From the NCBI GenBank assembly GCA_026025075.1, contig JAPEUI010000018.1:1-64000 (forward strand): a DNA stretch of 64,000 nucleotides, read 5' to 3'. The notes under the pieces were generated by a model. It was not told where the DNA came from and searched no databases. It was given only the letters and a program-made list of their open reading frames with translations. Made by a program: the position numbers and the translations under genes. Positions 43,056 through 55,416 of the stretch are shown piece by piece (within the stretch, counting starts at the first letter, position 1; every line of letters begins with the position of its first letter). This stretch comes from Vezdaea acicularis. Lineage: Eukaryota.

Positions 43056-44753
43056 TCATGCGGCATAACATGACGGCTTACTATCTGTGTGACAGTCGAC
43101 AAAGCGGCCCTCTCCACAGTATTTCCAAGTAGGTCCAAGGGCAGACCCGAGAGTGGCTGCTGCATCGGCCTCAGCATTCAACTGTATCTCCCAGTCTCCG
43201 AGGTTGATCTCTTTCAGGATGGGCCAATGAGCGGTTTTGAGTGCGAACTTTGTCAGGCATTCCGTAAACTCCATCCATGCGTCTTTCATGTCAGCTTTGC
43301 CCATCTTCTCTGGCTGCTGCAGTATGGTGCTACCTGGAGCTGGTGTCAGACGTAGAGTGATAGACTTGCAGCCGCGGAAGAGATAGAACCTGTTGAAGCA
43401 GTTCCATATATGATGACCGAATGGAAAGATGGCAATATACGTGAAGGACGAAACATTGTTAAAAGTTCCCCATGAACGGAGAATACTTATAGGCCGGCCA
43501 AGGTGGTACTCGTAGTCGCTATACGCGCGAAGGAAGGAACCCTCATTCAAAGTCATCGTCTCCCATGGGAAGGCCTTTCTCGATCGGAATATTGTCAGCA
43601 CGAGCACAGGAAGCGCGGTGGGATGGGACATACGCACTTCGAGTATACCACCAGAAGAATATTCGTACCCTTTTGTCACCACTTGTAAGAAATGGTGAAA
43701 GAGACCATCACGGTACGAAGGCAGAAGTGTGCAATTGAAGATATGCAATGGCATATCAAAAGAATTTCCACGACCAGAGCTCGGTTCCACGCCTAAGAGG
43801 AAAGCGAGGATATTAGGATGAGCAAGGATCGTCAGGCTAAGAGGATTAGCAATGTCGAACAGTGCCTGCCAAATTGATACGACGTTGAAATGGGAAGCCC
43901 TTGTATTGTAAATTCTCAATTCAGGCTCCGGAATCTGGACAGGAGAATGGATGACAAGACTCTCTATGCCTGGAAAAGGTGGTTGCATGGGAGGGCGTTC
44001 AGGCAAAGCTCCATCAACTGGGAAGGGTCGAAGAATGTCCAACGAGCACTTCTCCCAATTCCCGAGTCGTTCCCTGCGAAAGAAATCACGAAAATTACGA
44101 ACAGCTGCGAGGGAGAAGAGCAGTCCACGATAGTATTTCTTGTTGCCTAGATACGTAAAGGCCTTACTCTCCACTTCATCGATATCCAGGGTCAGACGCG
44201 CATATTTGAACAGGACTGGCAAGACAAGCTGTCGCCATTTCCTCGAGACGCACGATAGAGCTTTGAGCGGCCGACTGGTCGAACAGGTAAGCTCGACGGA
44301 CGGTTCGTCGATGATCTTGAGCTGGGATGGCGGCTTAGCATCCAGGAGCCGCACAATCTCGATGCTGAGCTCATCAGGCAATCGACCAATGTTAGAGATT
44401 GCGTGGGCTTGGGCGGCCGGCGAATCAACGGCCATTGTGAAATCGCGTTTCGAGCTTCCCCCGCATCGAGGTTCTCGGAAGCTCACAAAGCTCTCGGGGC
44501 CCGGCTGATCGCCGCTTCCGGAGGGGCTCTCTTGCTGAGAAATCGCGGTTGGAAATCCAGGCGTGGAGCGCGAAGCGGATTTCTCAGCAACAGAGCTGCC
44601 CGGAAGCGAGAGTTGGCCCGTCTCCGGTACAGGGGGAACGCTGGGGCAGGTAGCATTCTGATTGGGCAATTCCGGGTTGTGCACGATCTCAATGTTTTCA
44701 TATCTCGAAGGATGGCCAGTAGCTTTCACGATAAAAGGTTGCTCGAGGCCCAT
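43056..44753 (-). CDS. F-box domain protein
   Basis: IGRLPDELSIEIVRLL..LKALSCVSRKWRQLVLPVLF; LNEGSFLRAYSDYEY; start codon uncertain. Confidence 0.78.
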   Translation of the reverse strand: MGLEQPFIVKATGHPSRYENIEIVHNPELPNQNATCPSVPPVPETGQLSLPGSSVAEKSASRSTPGFPTAISQQESPSGSGDQPGPESFVSFREPRCGGSSKRDFTMAVDSPAAQAHAISNIGRLPDELSIEIVRLLDAKPPSQLKIIDEPSVELTCSTSRPLKALSCVSRKWRQLVLPVLFKYARLTLDIDEVESKAFTYLGNKKYYRGLLFSLAAVRNFRDFFRRERLGNWEKCSLDILRPFPVDGALPERPPMQPPFPGIESLVIHSPVQIPEPELRIYNTRASHFNVVSIWQALFDIANPLSLTILAHPNILAFLLGVEPSSGRGNSFDMPLHIFNCTLLPSYRDGLFHHFLQVVTKGYEYSSGGILEVRMSHPTALPVLVLTIFRSRKAFPWETMTLNEGSFLRAYSDYEYHLGRPISILRSWGTFNNVSSFTYIAIFPFGHHIWNCFNRFYLFRGCKSITLRLTPAPGSTILQQPEKMGKADMKDAWMEFTECLTKFALKTAHWPILKEINLGDWEIQLNAEADAAATLGSALGPTWKYCGEGRFVDCHTDSKPSCYAA

Positions 44754-44857
44754 GAATATCAATGCTGTTCTCTGTAGCACATATCTTTTTGACGATCTTC
44801 CCTGTTCTCATACAATTCTAGCAATTTATCACCGCGCTCCATCTCCAATCAACAGTC

Positions 44858-46012
44858 ATGGTTGCACAAAGGAAGACCGTTGTGGTGCTAGGATCCTCGT
44901 GGGCCGCCCTCAATGTCGCCCACAGACTGTTGAAGCACACGCTCCCGAAGAACCCCGATTTCAAGGTGGTCATGGTGGCACCGTCCAGTCACCTGTACTG
45001 GAACATTGCAGCCCCTCGAGGGTACGTCCGCGGCCAATTCGAAGACAAGCAGCTCTTCCACCCAATACTTCCAGCGTTTGAGGCCTATCCCAAGGGAAGC
45101 TTCGAATACGTAGCCGGAACGGCCGAGGAAGTCAATCCCACTACCAAGTCGATACGTGTTACCCAGAATGCTGGGGGTGAGCAAAGCGTATCCTACGACT
45201 ACCTTGTGATCGCAACAGGATCTTCTCCCGTCGCCCAGTCTCCCTTCAAACACATCGGCACCTATGACTTTACGCTCTCACAGCTCCACGAAATGCAACA
45301 GAAAATCGTAGCCGCCAAGAGCATCGTCGTTGCCGGTGCTGGTGCTACGGGAGGAGAGCTGGCAGGAGAGTTGGGAGAAAATTCGACGGATAAACAGATC
45401 ACCCTGATTGCCGGAAGCAAGCAGGTGTTCCCCACTGCACGTGAGGATATTGGCCGGGATGCAAAAAGCACGCTGGAAAAGCTGGGAGTCAAGGTTATAC
45501 TTGACACCAAGGTCGTAGGAGAAGAGAAGGCGGCTGACGGAAAGACCAAACTGATCCTCTCGGATGGCCAGACTCTCACCACTGACCTTTACATCCCTGC
45601 CATCGGCGTGACGGCCAACTCGTCTTTCATGCCGAAGAACTTTTTGGATGCGTGGAACAATATCCGAGTCGACTCTAAGCTCCGTGTTCCAGGCGCGCCC
45701 GATGTATGGGCTGTCGGCGACGTCAACCAACTTCAAAAGAAGATCGTCAAGCACGCCGAGGCCCAAGGGGTGTACGCATTCAAAAGTCTGGATGCAATCT
45801 TGACCGGAAAGGAGGATACGATCAAGGAGTACGATGCGAGCGGAGTCCAGATGTTCGTTGCAGTGATAGGAAAGAAAGTTGGACTGGCGACGGCGGGTAA
45901 TTGGCGACTACCTGGATTCCTCGTCTCCTACATGAAGGGCAGGGACTTCATGACGCCGAAGCTGGTGCCGTATGCTGAAGGACAGAGCACCTTGATGCAA
46001 GGGAAGTTCTAG
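44858..46012 (+). CDS. AMID/AIFM2(FSP1)-like FAD-dependent pyridine nucleotide oxidoreductase
   Basis: VVVLGSSWAA, YDYLVIATGS, IVVAGAGATGGELAGE, VWAVGD. Confidence 0.88.
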   Translation: MVAQRKTVVVLGSSWAALNVAHRLLKHTLPKNPDFKVVMVAPSSHLYWNIAAPRGYVRGQFEDKQLFHPILPAFEAYPKGSFEYVAGTAEEVNPTTKSIRVTQNAGGEQSVSYDYLVIATGSSPVAQSPFKHIGTYDFTLSQLHEMQQKIVAAKSIVVAGAGATGGELAGELGENSTDKQITLIAGSKQVFPTAREDIGRDAKSTLEKLGVKVILDTKVVGEEKAADGKTKLILSDGQTLTTDLYIPAIGVTANSSFMPKNFLDAWNNIRVDSKLRVPGAPDVWAVGDVNQLQKKIVKHAEAQGVYAFKSLDAILTGKEDTIKEYDASGVQMFVAVIGKKVGLATAGNWRLPGFLVSYMKGRDFMTPKLVPYAEGQSTLMQGKF

Positions 46013-47128
46013 GCATCCAGGTGGAAATGGAAGGAAAGGGACGGATGGATGGTCAAAGCATGATACCTTGGCGCTGGAATGTAGTTTTCATAATAAGTCC
46101 TCTCGTGCTGAATCTCCTATTCAGCGATCGTGTAGAGCGAGGATCGGGCTGGTCGTTACGGACTGGGTGCATAGTAATAGAGAGATACCTTGGGCATTCC
46201 TAGTGATTCGAAATACAAAACAATTAGTTTGACTTTGGTCCCCATCAACCGTGATGCATCCCTTTGTGGCCTCTGCCAACGGTGACAGTGAGGCGCGTGT
46301 GCTGCCACGCGATTGCTGGCAGCTGTGACTGTCATTGCCTGTTGATGGCACCTTCGCCGCACGGGATTCGTCACGTTTCTTTGGGGCTGGCCCTCCCCCT
46401 GCCCTGGCCGCGGCCCGATTAGGCGATTATCGAATGGGGGGCAGCCTGTCACGCCTGGGGAGGAGCGCTTTGGGGAGGGGCAGCCCGATCGATTGGCGTG
46501 CTTGTGTTGCCTGCCTGGCCTGGGCGGTACCAACCCGCACCGGCCAGATCACAGCCCTTGCAGGTTCCCGCGCCATACGATGCCCGCACCGCAGATACTC
46601 CTGATACAGCGATCCCGATACAAGTATCTGGCCGCCCTCGACCTGCAACATCTCTTCCTCCTCTTCCTACTCCTATGCATCATCTAGAAACGCGCGTGAG
46701 TGTCAGACTGTCTCTTGGGCTCCAAAGGAAGGTTGCATTCCTGAGGGCCGTCCACCTGACCTCGTACTGAGTGTCTCGCCTAGACCGTCTTTGTTAGGGC
46801 CTCGTCATTCCTGAGCACAACTCTTGACAGCCTCTTCCAGCCGCACGTGCCTGTGTCACCCGAGCCCACGCCCTGTCCTTCTCACCTCAGAAGTCAACGA
46901 CTTCGACCACAATTGCCCAAAGCCCACCAACTTCATCGATGAACTTTGGTGGGCTTTAGCTTCACTCGTTGAACTGCCTTGCGTCCTTGCTCTCTTCGAC
47001 TCCGCAAGCTCGCCGGTTCGAAGCTCGCCCTGCCCTATCGGTTCACCAAACCGAATAGTTTCAGGCACCGTCTTCTCGACACGGAAATCGGAAGCGACGA
47101 CTACGGAGCCTCTCGTTTCTGAACATTC

Positions 47129-48244
47129 ATGAACATGGTGGCCATCAGAGGAGGCTCGCCCGCAATCATTCCTGAGGACCTGATCTTGGCACAGGCCACG
47201 ATGGGGTCAATCACTGAAGGTCACAATACCGATACCATCACTGCTAGTCGGACATTCACTGAGGACACACCAGTGACCTCCGAGGGTGTAAAACCAGAGA
47301 TGCTTCGACGGGCCACCGAGCCCATCTCTCGTTCAACTTCGTTGCTCATCCCCAACATAGAGATTGCAAGCACGACTCCCCAACGACCGCGAACCCGTTC
47401 ACCCTTCTCACGGAGTCACCTACGATCTCGATCCTCTGCCAGTGCCTTGACGCCCCCGATCATGACCAGATCGCATTCAATGCCGGTCAATGATGCCGCT
47501 GGCCGTGTCCTCTTATCAACAACGCATCGACCTTCGAGCCCTTCCAACGCCTTAGGACGCTACAGAAGCCCATCAAGACGTTCTGCCGAAGAGTTCTCTT
47601 CATTAGGTCTACCAAGTCTACCCGATATCGGAGAGAATGTATCGCTTGATACCGACACGGACAGCACTCCCAGGGCTTCAGACAGCTTGTTGAATAGTAG
47701 CTCTCCCCTCCTCGCTCTGAGCTCCAGCAATACCTTCCCTCGGCGCTATAGACCTTCTTCACCCCTCCGCCCACCGCTCCAACAACCTTCTCCGATGTCT
47801 GCGGTACGGCCACGTACCCCAACTTCTGCAGGCTCAAGCCCCCACATGAGTGCCACAAAATTCAATGAACCATATCCAACAATTCTTGGCTACCCAGCGT
47901 CTTTCTCTTCCATCTCATCTCTGCCGTCGACTCCAACCTCTGCTCGCTCCCGCAGCCCCAGCATCTCCAGTCTCGAGACAATCCCCGACTCGCCTGATGC
48001 CGAACAAGCGGCCTTGGAGGCAGACGCGGAGCGTATTGCGAGCCTGAAGGAAGCCGCAGACGCCATAGACAGAGAAGGCGGTGGCAGCGGTGTCAGCGGT
48101 AGTGGGGATAATCGGCGAGGTGGTCTAGATGCGAGCGGGAAGATCGGCTTCGGGTTTGGCACGCGTGACAAGAAGAAGAGATGGAGTGTGTGTGGGGCCG
48201 AAAAACGAACGGATCTTGACCTGGAGACTATCTGGGAAGATTAG
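47129..48244 (+). CDS. Ser/Pro-rich fungal protein of unknown function
   Basis: 371-aa ORF; PSTPTSARSRSPSISSLETIPDSPDAE and terminal KKRWSVCGAEKRTDLDLETIWED motifs. Confidence 0.75.
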   Translation: MNMVAIRGGSPAIIPEDLILAQATMGSITEGHNTDTITASRTFTEDTPVTSEGVKPEMLRRATEPISRSTSLLIPNIEIASTTPQRPRTRSPFSRSHLRSRSSASALTPPIMTRSHSMPVNDAAGRVLLSTTHRPSSPSNALGRYRSPSRRSAEEFSSLGLPSLPDIGENVSLDTDTDSTPRASDSLLNSSSPLLALSSSNTFPRRYRPSSPLRPPLQQPSPMSAVRPRTPTSAGSSPHMSATKFNEPYPTILGYPASFSSISSLPSTPTSARSRSPSISSLETIPDSPDAEQAALEADAERIASLKEAADAIDREGGGSGVSGSGDNRRGGLDASGKIGFGFGTRDKKKRWSVCGAEKRTDLDLETIWED

Positions 48245-49200
48245 CTCTAAACAGTCTTCCTGATTGTTCTTTCTCTCTCAAGATTCAAGACTGCTCACTT
48301 TTCTTGTGACCCACAGCAACTCATTTACTGGCTTCTGCTACTCACCAACACCTCTTTCTACTAACCGACACACTTTACAAGGCGCATGTATATTCCCCAC
48401 GATCGAACACACGGACGATGAACAGACGAACGAAGACACGGAGTCGTTTGCTAGCATATTTAGCGGCTACTTTCCTGCATTTTATATGGGCAGGGGACAC
48501 TTTTGATTTTGGGAGCAAACTGGCAGGCTTTCACTTTTCTTCTGCAGGGTGGGCGAGACCAGTGCTTTCAGATTGCAATTGGGGGATCAGATCTCTTATT
48601 GGACGGTGGGGGCTATTGAGTTTTGACGGACGAAACGGGTGGAGATCATACCGTGCACCCCCCTTCGGGCAGCTTGCTATGGCTTAGCTTAGGAGTGTCA
48701 GCTACTATGAAGTTGCATCCAACCCACTCACTGTCACCAATACATTCATGGAAGTGAGTGACCGTCACCAGGACCGTGAAATCTGACCCCCCGCCTCATC
48801 CTCAACCCCCACATCTGCTGATGCTCCGCTCCGCTCACTCACCTGCTCACTCATCTCCTACAGTACCATCAGTATCTCAAAACAAATCAATCAATAAGTA
48901 TCTCCTGCTCTCACCCTGGCGGAGAAACTCTCTTTCTGCCCCGAAGCAGCAAAGCAAAGGATCTCCTATAGCCTTGTTGTAGTACTAAGTGCGAAAGTGC
49001 TGGGCATGGGGTAGCTGGGGTCAGAGCTAGAGTTTTGTCCGCACCGCGCCATCCTCGCTTAGATTAGATAGCCGCCGCCGACCGTCCACCCCTTGCCCGT
49101 CACCAAAAACCATCGCCCAAAATTTCACGGTTCCGTCCCCTGAGCGCATCGACTTTCCCTCCCACGACAAAGCAGCCGCCTACGCATCTCACCGGGGGAC

Positions 49201-50063
49201 ATGACCACCTTGCTGCGACGACCCAACATGCAGCTTTTCTTACGGAGCAACATCTTCAGCAGTTTCCTTCTGCTCCTCTTGATTTGCTGCTCGAGCCCGA
49301 CCGAGGCTCTCAAGTTTGATATTCAGGCACATCCGGCGGGTCAGCATAAATGGGCGGAACGGTGTATCAGGAATTTCGTGGCGAGGGATACGTTGGTGAT
49401 TGTTACGGCGACGATTGGTGGGCATAAGGGGGATGGGCAGAGGGTGGATATGCATGTGAGTTATTTTGTGCTGCTGCTGCTGTTGTGCCGTCAGTTGGTG
49501 GAGGTATGGGATGTTGGCTGATTGTGCTGCGATGTAGATCACGGATGCGGTGGGTAATGAGTATGGCCGTGCGAAAGATAAGCTCGGCGAGACGCGCATG
49601 GCGTTCACTTCCCTCGCGGACTCGGCTTTTGATGTCTGCTTCGAGAATATGCTCGTTGGTCGTATGTTCCCCCCTCCCTCCCCTCCTCGTCGCCCCCAAT
49701 CTTCATAATTGTGTTGTTAACACCCTCCTCCTTTTCCCAGACCAAGCCGTAATGTCCCCCTCGCGGCACATCGAACTCGACATAGACATCGGCGCCGACG
49801 CCAAAGACTGGTCGGCCGTACAAGCGGCTGAGAAACTACGACCCGTCGAGACGGAGTTGCGCCACATCGAAGAACAGATCGCTGAGATTGTCAGCGAGAT
49901 GGAGTATCTGCGCACGAGGGAGCAGAAGCTGCGGGATACGAACGAGAGCACGAACGAGCGCGTTAAGTGGTTTGCGTTTGGCACCATGGGGATGTTGATT
50001 GGTCTTGGGGCTTGGCAAGTCGTCTATTTGAGGGCTTACTTTAGGAGTAAGCATCTCATCTGA
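49201..50063 (+). CDS. ERV25: p24 family (GOLD domain) ER-Golgi cargo receptor; introns 49456-49538, 49662-49740
   Basis: signal peptide, [46 protein letters not shown]. Confidence 0.92.
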
Positions 50064-50638
50064 GCGGGTGGCGGTGTCAACTGGGAGATGGGAGGGTGAC
50101 CTGGGCAGCTATGTGGGGCGCTTCGGCGCGTGGATAAGGGGGTCCAGAGATCCTTTAGCGTTAGGGCTGTGGAGGAGCAAATACATTTAAATTTCAATGT
50201 CAAGACTTCATAAAACGTAGTCAGTTGTGCTGAAGCATATATTGAAGCGAAGAAGATGCGGGATAAGGAAATTCTACAAGTTGCGAAGGAATTGTACCAG
50301 ATTTGTGGGGTTATAGGTTTATTCCAGAAATCATCTTAAACCTGATAAGCAGGGTTTGAAGTACCGTGATCCCGACGTCGGGCATGAAGCTCCACTCTAC
50401 CGAGAAAAAATCTTTGCACCCAGATCCCCCGATCCAGTCTATGTTTCAATTGACATCTTTACACATCAAGTTAAGGTGCTAGTGGACGAATTCAAATTTT
50501 TTGAAACCAGTTTTGTGGTCGATATTACCAAACTCATGATCCGAAGTCACACCGTAGCCGAGACTGCTCAATGATGTCAGCCATCTTCAGTTATCCCACC
50601 GTTAGGTCTTCCTCCTTCATCATTCAACAATTGCAGCA

Positions 50639-51658
50639 ATGGCTCCCACACGCCTCTTACTTCTCTCAGTCCGACCAATCTCAAGGTCTTTGAGACCTTT
50701 GAATCGTTCTGCCACCCGTTTCTACGCCGATGATGGCGCAAAAGAGCGTGCCCAGCAACGGATTCACGAAACAACCCCCGGGCACAGGAAAGCACAAACG
50801 TCCAAGCCATTGAACCCGCATATGACAAACACAAACTCAACGAATGCAAATGAGATGCCTAGCGTTGGGTCAGACAAAGCTCCTCCTGAATTACTCTCAT
50901 CTATCGATCCGGACTTCACGCCTAAGGATAGGGTGCCCGAGAATACAGACCGCATGACAGGCCATTCACAGAAGGGCAAACCTACCGACGGACCCAATGC
51001 AGAGCTTGGAGAACTCGAAGTGGGCGAGATGGAGGGAACGAAGTTCAAAGTCGAGCCGTTGAGACGCACTGGCGAAGATGGCAATACCATGCGCGCAAGG
51101 TTGTTATGTTCGTCTATACATTTGTCATCTCTCTACACAGCAGCAGCTGACCCTATCTACTTTGTAACAGACCAGAGTCGAAAGAGGGGAACCCTCGAAA
51201 GTGATCTCCTCCTTTCTACCTTCGCCGATATCAACTTGCCAAAGATGACGACTAAACAACTGGAACAGTACGACCTTTTCCTTGACGAGAATGACTGGGA
51301 TATCTATTATTGGGCAACGCAAGAGCCAACACCAACCTCTCGCGAGACGGCAGAGGGCGGTTCACCGGACATGGCGACTCCATCTGCTCAAGGTAAACCT
51401 CACTTGGAGACAGATGAATGGAGGCAAGGGAAGCCAAGATCTGGTGAATGGGCCCAGACAGTTGGTGCTTTCAAGCCTGCGTATCGGCCGGTACCTCAAC
51501 GATGGAAGAACTCGGAAATCCTTGCGATGTTGAGGAAGCACGTGATCGATAGATCAGCCGGAGGTGTCCACGAAAGTGATAGATCAGCGGACGGAACACA
51601 GCGCGAGAAGGGGGGAGGATTGGGTATGATGCCGGAAGTCAAAAATTTTGACGTCTGA
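50639..51658 (+). CDS. SDH5: succinate dehydrogenase assembly factor 2; intron 51108-51170
   Basis: [41 protein letters not shown]; mitochondrial presequence. Confidence 0.92.
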   Translation: MAPTRLLLLSVRPISRSLRPLNRSATRFYADDGAKERAQQRIHETTPGHRKAQTSKPLNPHMTNTNSTNANEMPSVGSDKAPPELLSSIDPDFTPKDRVPENTDRMTGHSQKGKPTDGPNAELGELEVGEMEGTKFKVEPLRRTGEDGNTMRARLLCSSIHLSSLYTAAADPIYFVTDQSRKRGTLESDLLLSTFADINLPKMTTKQLEQYDLFLDENDWDIYYWATQEPTPTSRETAEGGSPDMATPSAQGKPHLETDEWRQGKPRSGEWAQTVGAFKPAYRPVPQRWKNSEILAMLRKHVIDRSAGGVHESDRSADGTQREKGGGLGMMPEVKNFDV

Positions 51659-51938
51659 CCGTTTGATCTTCTCCGCAAACTTGTACAAAATGTTTAAGCA
51701 TATTCTTTCGCTTGCTTCGCTCAACTCCCTCTCACCCCCAGTACTCGACTCCTCAGGCCGCTACCTTAATGCTGGGAGGCTACTCTACTCAGCTTATGTC
51801 ACCATGTTCAGAACGGCTAGGCATACGCGTTACTATTTGCGGTTCGAGCTTTCCTTACCATACCATAGCTTTGCGGATCGATATCTAAACGCTAGAGGTT
51901 TGCTTAGTCTGTTCTATACCCGATTCGGCGGATATGGG

Positions 51939-52380
51939 CATTCCAGAAGAGCTCCGGCGGATCGCTTCGTGCAGCTAAAGTGACGTATTATACCTACTTT
52001 GGTGAAGATTCTCCTCGCTATCAGATTCCCCGCCATCCGTGAGGCGGGGCATTCTTCTTACCATTCACCCGGGGATCGGTCTTGAGGTTTTCCTTTGATC
52101 CAAGCCGTCACTCTCCGTCCTTACGCTCTTTTTCACTTTCTCTTCAGGGCTGGGCACAAGGCAATAGCCAATCGGCCTTATTGTACTGTAATACACTTTC
52201 GTTTTTTTCTCGTTTAATGATATTTGGTTGACATTTTCCATGACTTCTCATGATTTTCATTAGATTTACTTGGGGTTTCCCTCGGGGCTTTCCATGGGAC
52301 TCCTTCCATTTCCGGCCACGATCTTTTGAACAAAGAATGTGACTCTGGTTCCATCGCTACACACTCGGAGTAAAAGAATG
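51939..52380. promoter_or_regulatory. four AbaA/TEA response elements (CATTCY) upstream of wetA
   Basis: CATTCC 51939, CATTCT 52050, AGAATG 52334 and 52375. Confidence 0.5.
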
Positions 52381-52727
52381 CCCCATCCACTATAGCCATG
52401 GCAGCAGACGCTAGCCTGTTCTAGAGTCAGCCGTGGAAATAGTGGGTACTGGGCGCATAGCTGTCAAAACGAAGGTGGCTGGCTTGCTGAATGGGGAGCA
52501 AGGATATGATATATACCTCCCTCTCATATCTGTTTGTGTCTGTTTGCTCATGTTGTCGTTCCTAGTTGCGTTGCCCCTAGCGTAACGCATGTTTTGCGCC
52601 CACATTACGCTTGGCCCCTCTTCATTACTGCCTCTAGAGTACTCACATTGCAAGGACTTGCGCTTTCGTTTGTCTTTGATAATAACGACGATCATCACTG
52701 AAAGTGAAATCTATTCTCAGGGTTCAA

Positions 52728-54644
52728 ATGTATCCTCTTATGGCAACGATGGTACCAGCCACACCTACCACGAGCCAGTCAGACGACTATCATCGCGAAA
52801 TCTTGAACCAAAGGCCCAAAGACTATCCTCGCGATTTCTTTGATGAATGGATTAGTGACGACGCTTTCGAGGATAACAATGCTATCGATGCGGAGACCAG
52901 TTTTAAGCACTCGACGATGTTTGCGGATGCAAGGTCGTTATTTGGCGATGGACTAGCTGCAGGTACTTCGGACGCAAGGCACCTCGAGATATCACATCCT
53001 TGGCGGGCCGCGTCCTGCCCTCCCAGAAAGTCGTCCGCAGCCTCACTATGCCAACCGCCAGAAGGCAACCAATGTCTGATATATTCAGAGTCATCAGACA
53101 GGGCTGCTATCTCCGATTCCGAATTGCTCAGCCTTGAAGGACGTCGGCCGAGCTCTTCTACCCTTCTTATACATCCCTTCATTCCTCTCTCCTCAAGTCC
53201 CTCATCAACGCCTCAAAGACCGACAGCTAGTAGTTCACAGAAACGGCTCGATAGGTCACCGATCGCCGCACTGACCTCCTCTTCTCACCGCCGAAAGAAT
53301 GCGAATGCTCGACTCGACTCGACTCCTCAAACGCATTCCAGACTATCACTGCGGAGAATGCAATCACCACAATACTGTCATGCTATACCAAACACTCATC
53401 CAGCATGGTTCCGGGAAATAAACAACGAATTTCCCCTCTCACCGCCACCATCGGCAAGACAATCAATTTACGAAATCTCGGGAAGCGTGCTCGATTTCGA
53501 TGTCGCTCAAGTCGCGCAGCAGTCCTATCCGAACGACACGTACGACCACGGTCTCTCGCCATGCTCGTCCATCAGCGAAACGTCAGGAATGCGACCTACC
53601 CCCCTCAGCTCACCCCGCCTACACGAAAGTGAGGCGAAGATTCATAGGGCGAGCAGCGGTACACTTCTAGAGTGCCCCGCCAGCACGGGTGTGCAACAGA
53701 TCGCGACACCACACTACGGCCACCACCGGGCGCCTAATGCAATGCAGACCCTACCACCATCTACGACATCCACATGGCCCTCAAACCCGGGCACCACGAT
53801 CCCGATCCCACAACCTGGTTTTGGAGCCTCGTCGCAAGCGAACACAACGAATTGGCTAAGCGAACCGGGAGCCTCGTCTCAACAGCTGCACAGCCAATCA
53901 ACACCCTCTTATCAAGTGCGGCCCGTTCATATTGCAAGTCACAGTTCAAGGCAGCTGGCTGGTGGCCCGACTTACGAGCCGCATGACCGGTCGAACGGGC
54001 TTGATCTGTTGAAGGTCACGAGTGCAGAAGACCTACATAGGATAGCCGGTATTGCCCATGCGGGGCATGATTACATCTCAGCCTCGTCGGCAATGAATCT
54101 TATCGATCTACCGTTTCCGTCGCACCAGAACGATACATTCTCTGCCTCTTCACAGGTTGCAGATTTACGACGCGATCGTCCGCCGTTAGCTTCACAAGTC
54201 TCAGACATGGGATACACTTCTTCCGCTCCGTCGCATCAGAACGATACATTCTCTGGCCCTTCACCGGTTGCAGATTTACAACGCGATCGTTCGTCGTTAG
54301 CTTCACAGGTCTCAGGCATGGGATACACTTCTTCCGCGCACTCATCGACGATCGTTTCATCGCCAATACCGACGCAGCGAGCGCTAACCACTCGCAAAAG
54401 TGGGCGGGTCGAAAAGCCTGGCAGGAAGAAAAGCCCCACGACAACCACTCCCACGAGCACCAAATCTCCTGGGGTCGTTGACTTTGTGAATCTCACTCCG
54501 GACCATGGGCGAAAGATCTTGAGTGGGGTCGCGCCGAGCGGGAGTTCGAAAACAAAAGCTAAAAGAGAGAAGGAGACCCGAGAACGGGAATTGCGCATCA
54601 TAGAGGCGGCGAAAGCGGGAACACTGGACGGGCTTCTCAACTGA
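52728..54644 (+). CDS. wetA: developmental regulator WetA (ESC1/WetA domain)
   Basis: C-terminal FVNLTPDHGRKILSGVAPSGSSKTKAKREKE; ISDSELLSLEG; FPLSPPPS. Confidence 0.88.
   Translation: MYPLMATMVPATPTTSQSDDYHREILNQRPKDYPRDFFDEWISDDAFEDNNAIDAETSFKHSTMFADARSLFGDGLAAGTSDARHLEISHPWRAASCPPRKSSAASLCQPPEGNQCLIYSESSDRAAISDSELLSLEGRRPSSSTLLIHPFIPLSSSPSSTPQRPTASSSQKRLDRSPIAALTSSSHRRKNANARLDSTPQTHSRLSLRRMQSPQYCHAIPNTHPAWFREINNEFPLSPPPSARQSIYEISGSVLDFDVAQVAQQSYPNDTYDHGLSPCSSISETSGMRPTPLSSPRLHESEAKIHRASSGTLLECPASTGVQQIATPHYGHHRAPNAMQTLPPSTTSTWPSNPGTTIPIPQPGFGASSQANTTNWLSEPGASSQQLHSQSTPSYQVRPVHIASHSSRQLAGGPTYEPHDRSNGLDLLKVTSAEDLHRIAGIAHAGHDYISASSAMNLIDLPFPSHQNDTFSASSQVADLRRDRPPLASQVSDMGYTSSAPSHQNDTFSGPSPVADLQRDRSSLASQVSGMGYTSSAHSSTIVSSPIPTQRALTTRKSGRVEKPGRKKSPTTTTPTSTKSPGVVDFVNLTPDHGRKILSGVAPSGSSKTKAKREKETRERELRIIEAAKAGTLDGLLN
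54117..54338 (+). repeat. 111-bp in-frame tandem duplication within wetA
   Basis: PSHQNDTFSASSQVADLRRDRPPLASQVSDMGYTSSA / PSHQNDTFSGPSPVADLQRDRSSLASQVSGMGYTSSA. Confidence 0.95.
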
Positions 54645-55416
54645 TAGATTGTTATACGTTTTGAGGCCTTTGAAACTTTGTCATCGTCCTTGTCGTTGTT
54701 TTTTGTATTCGTTTCCTGTCTGCCGATACCATGCTATGACCTACCTCGCGTGCATAGGGTTAGGAGTCGGCTTTTTTATAAGCCTTGATTGGATAATTAG
54801 GGAATGGTGAACGCGTTCGGTGTCTAGGTGAAATCGCCCCTATTGGGTTACTTTACGGGTGGGGTAGCATTTTTTTATTGGTTCGACATCATACCTTCAT
54901 TTCGCGTTAGCTATCTTTACTCAAAACATGAATTTCCTGCAGGCTTTGTTCCCTCGAACAAGCTGTGAGTATTTGACGGTGTGGGTTGATTATTAACTTT
55001 TGTTCCTTTGGCAAAGGGGTTTGTTCCACTTCGCTAGCCGCCTCATAGCAAATCAAGCTATCCCCCTCAACGCCAGTATTTGTGCTGCAAGACGCCGCGA
55101 GGTCTAAGGTGGTCAGCTTGACCAGCAGTAGACCCTTGTCGCCTCGAAGGTTGGCTGACATGCTATGAGCATGCGTAGAGAATGGTGCGTATTGCTTCGA
55201 GGCGATGTGTTCTCGATCTATAAAAAAGGTGAAGTGGCAAAAGAGGAGTCAGTGTCTTATCAATACGTTCATGAAGATTCTACACCTTCATGTGTCACAA
55301 TAGTCCTTATATTGTTCATCATTCTCAAGATGAACTCCCTTTTCCATTACTCTCCGCGGTGAAAGTAATCTATTAGCTTCTGTATTCCTTCAACTGTCGT
55401 TTGTTTGATGTTTGCA

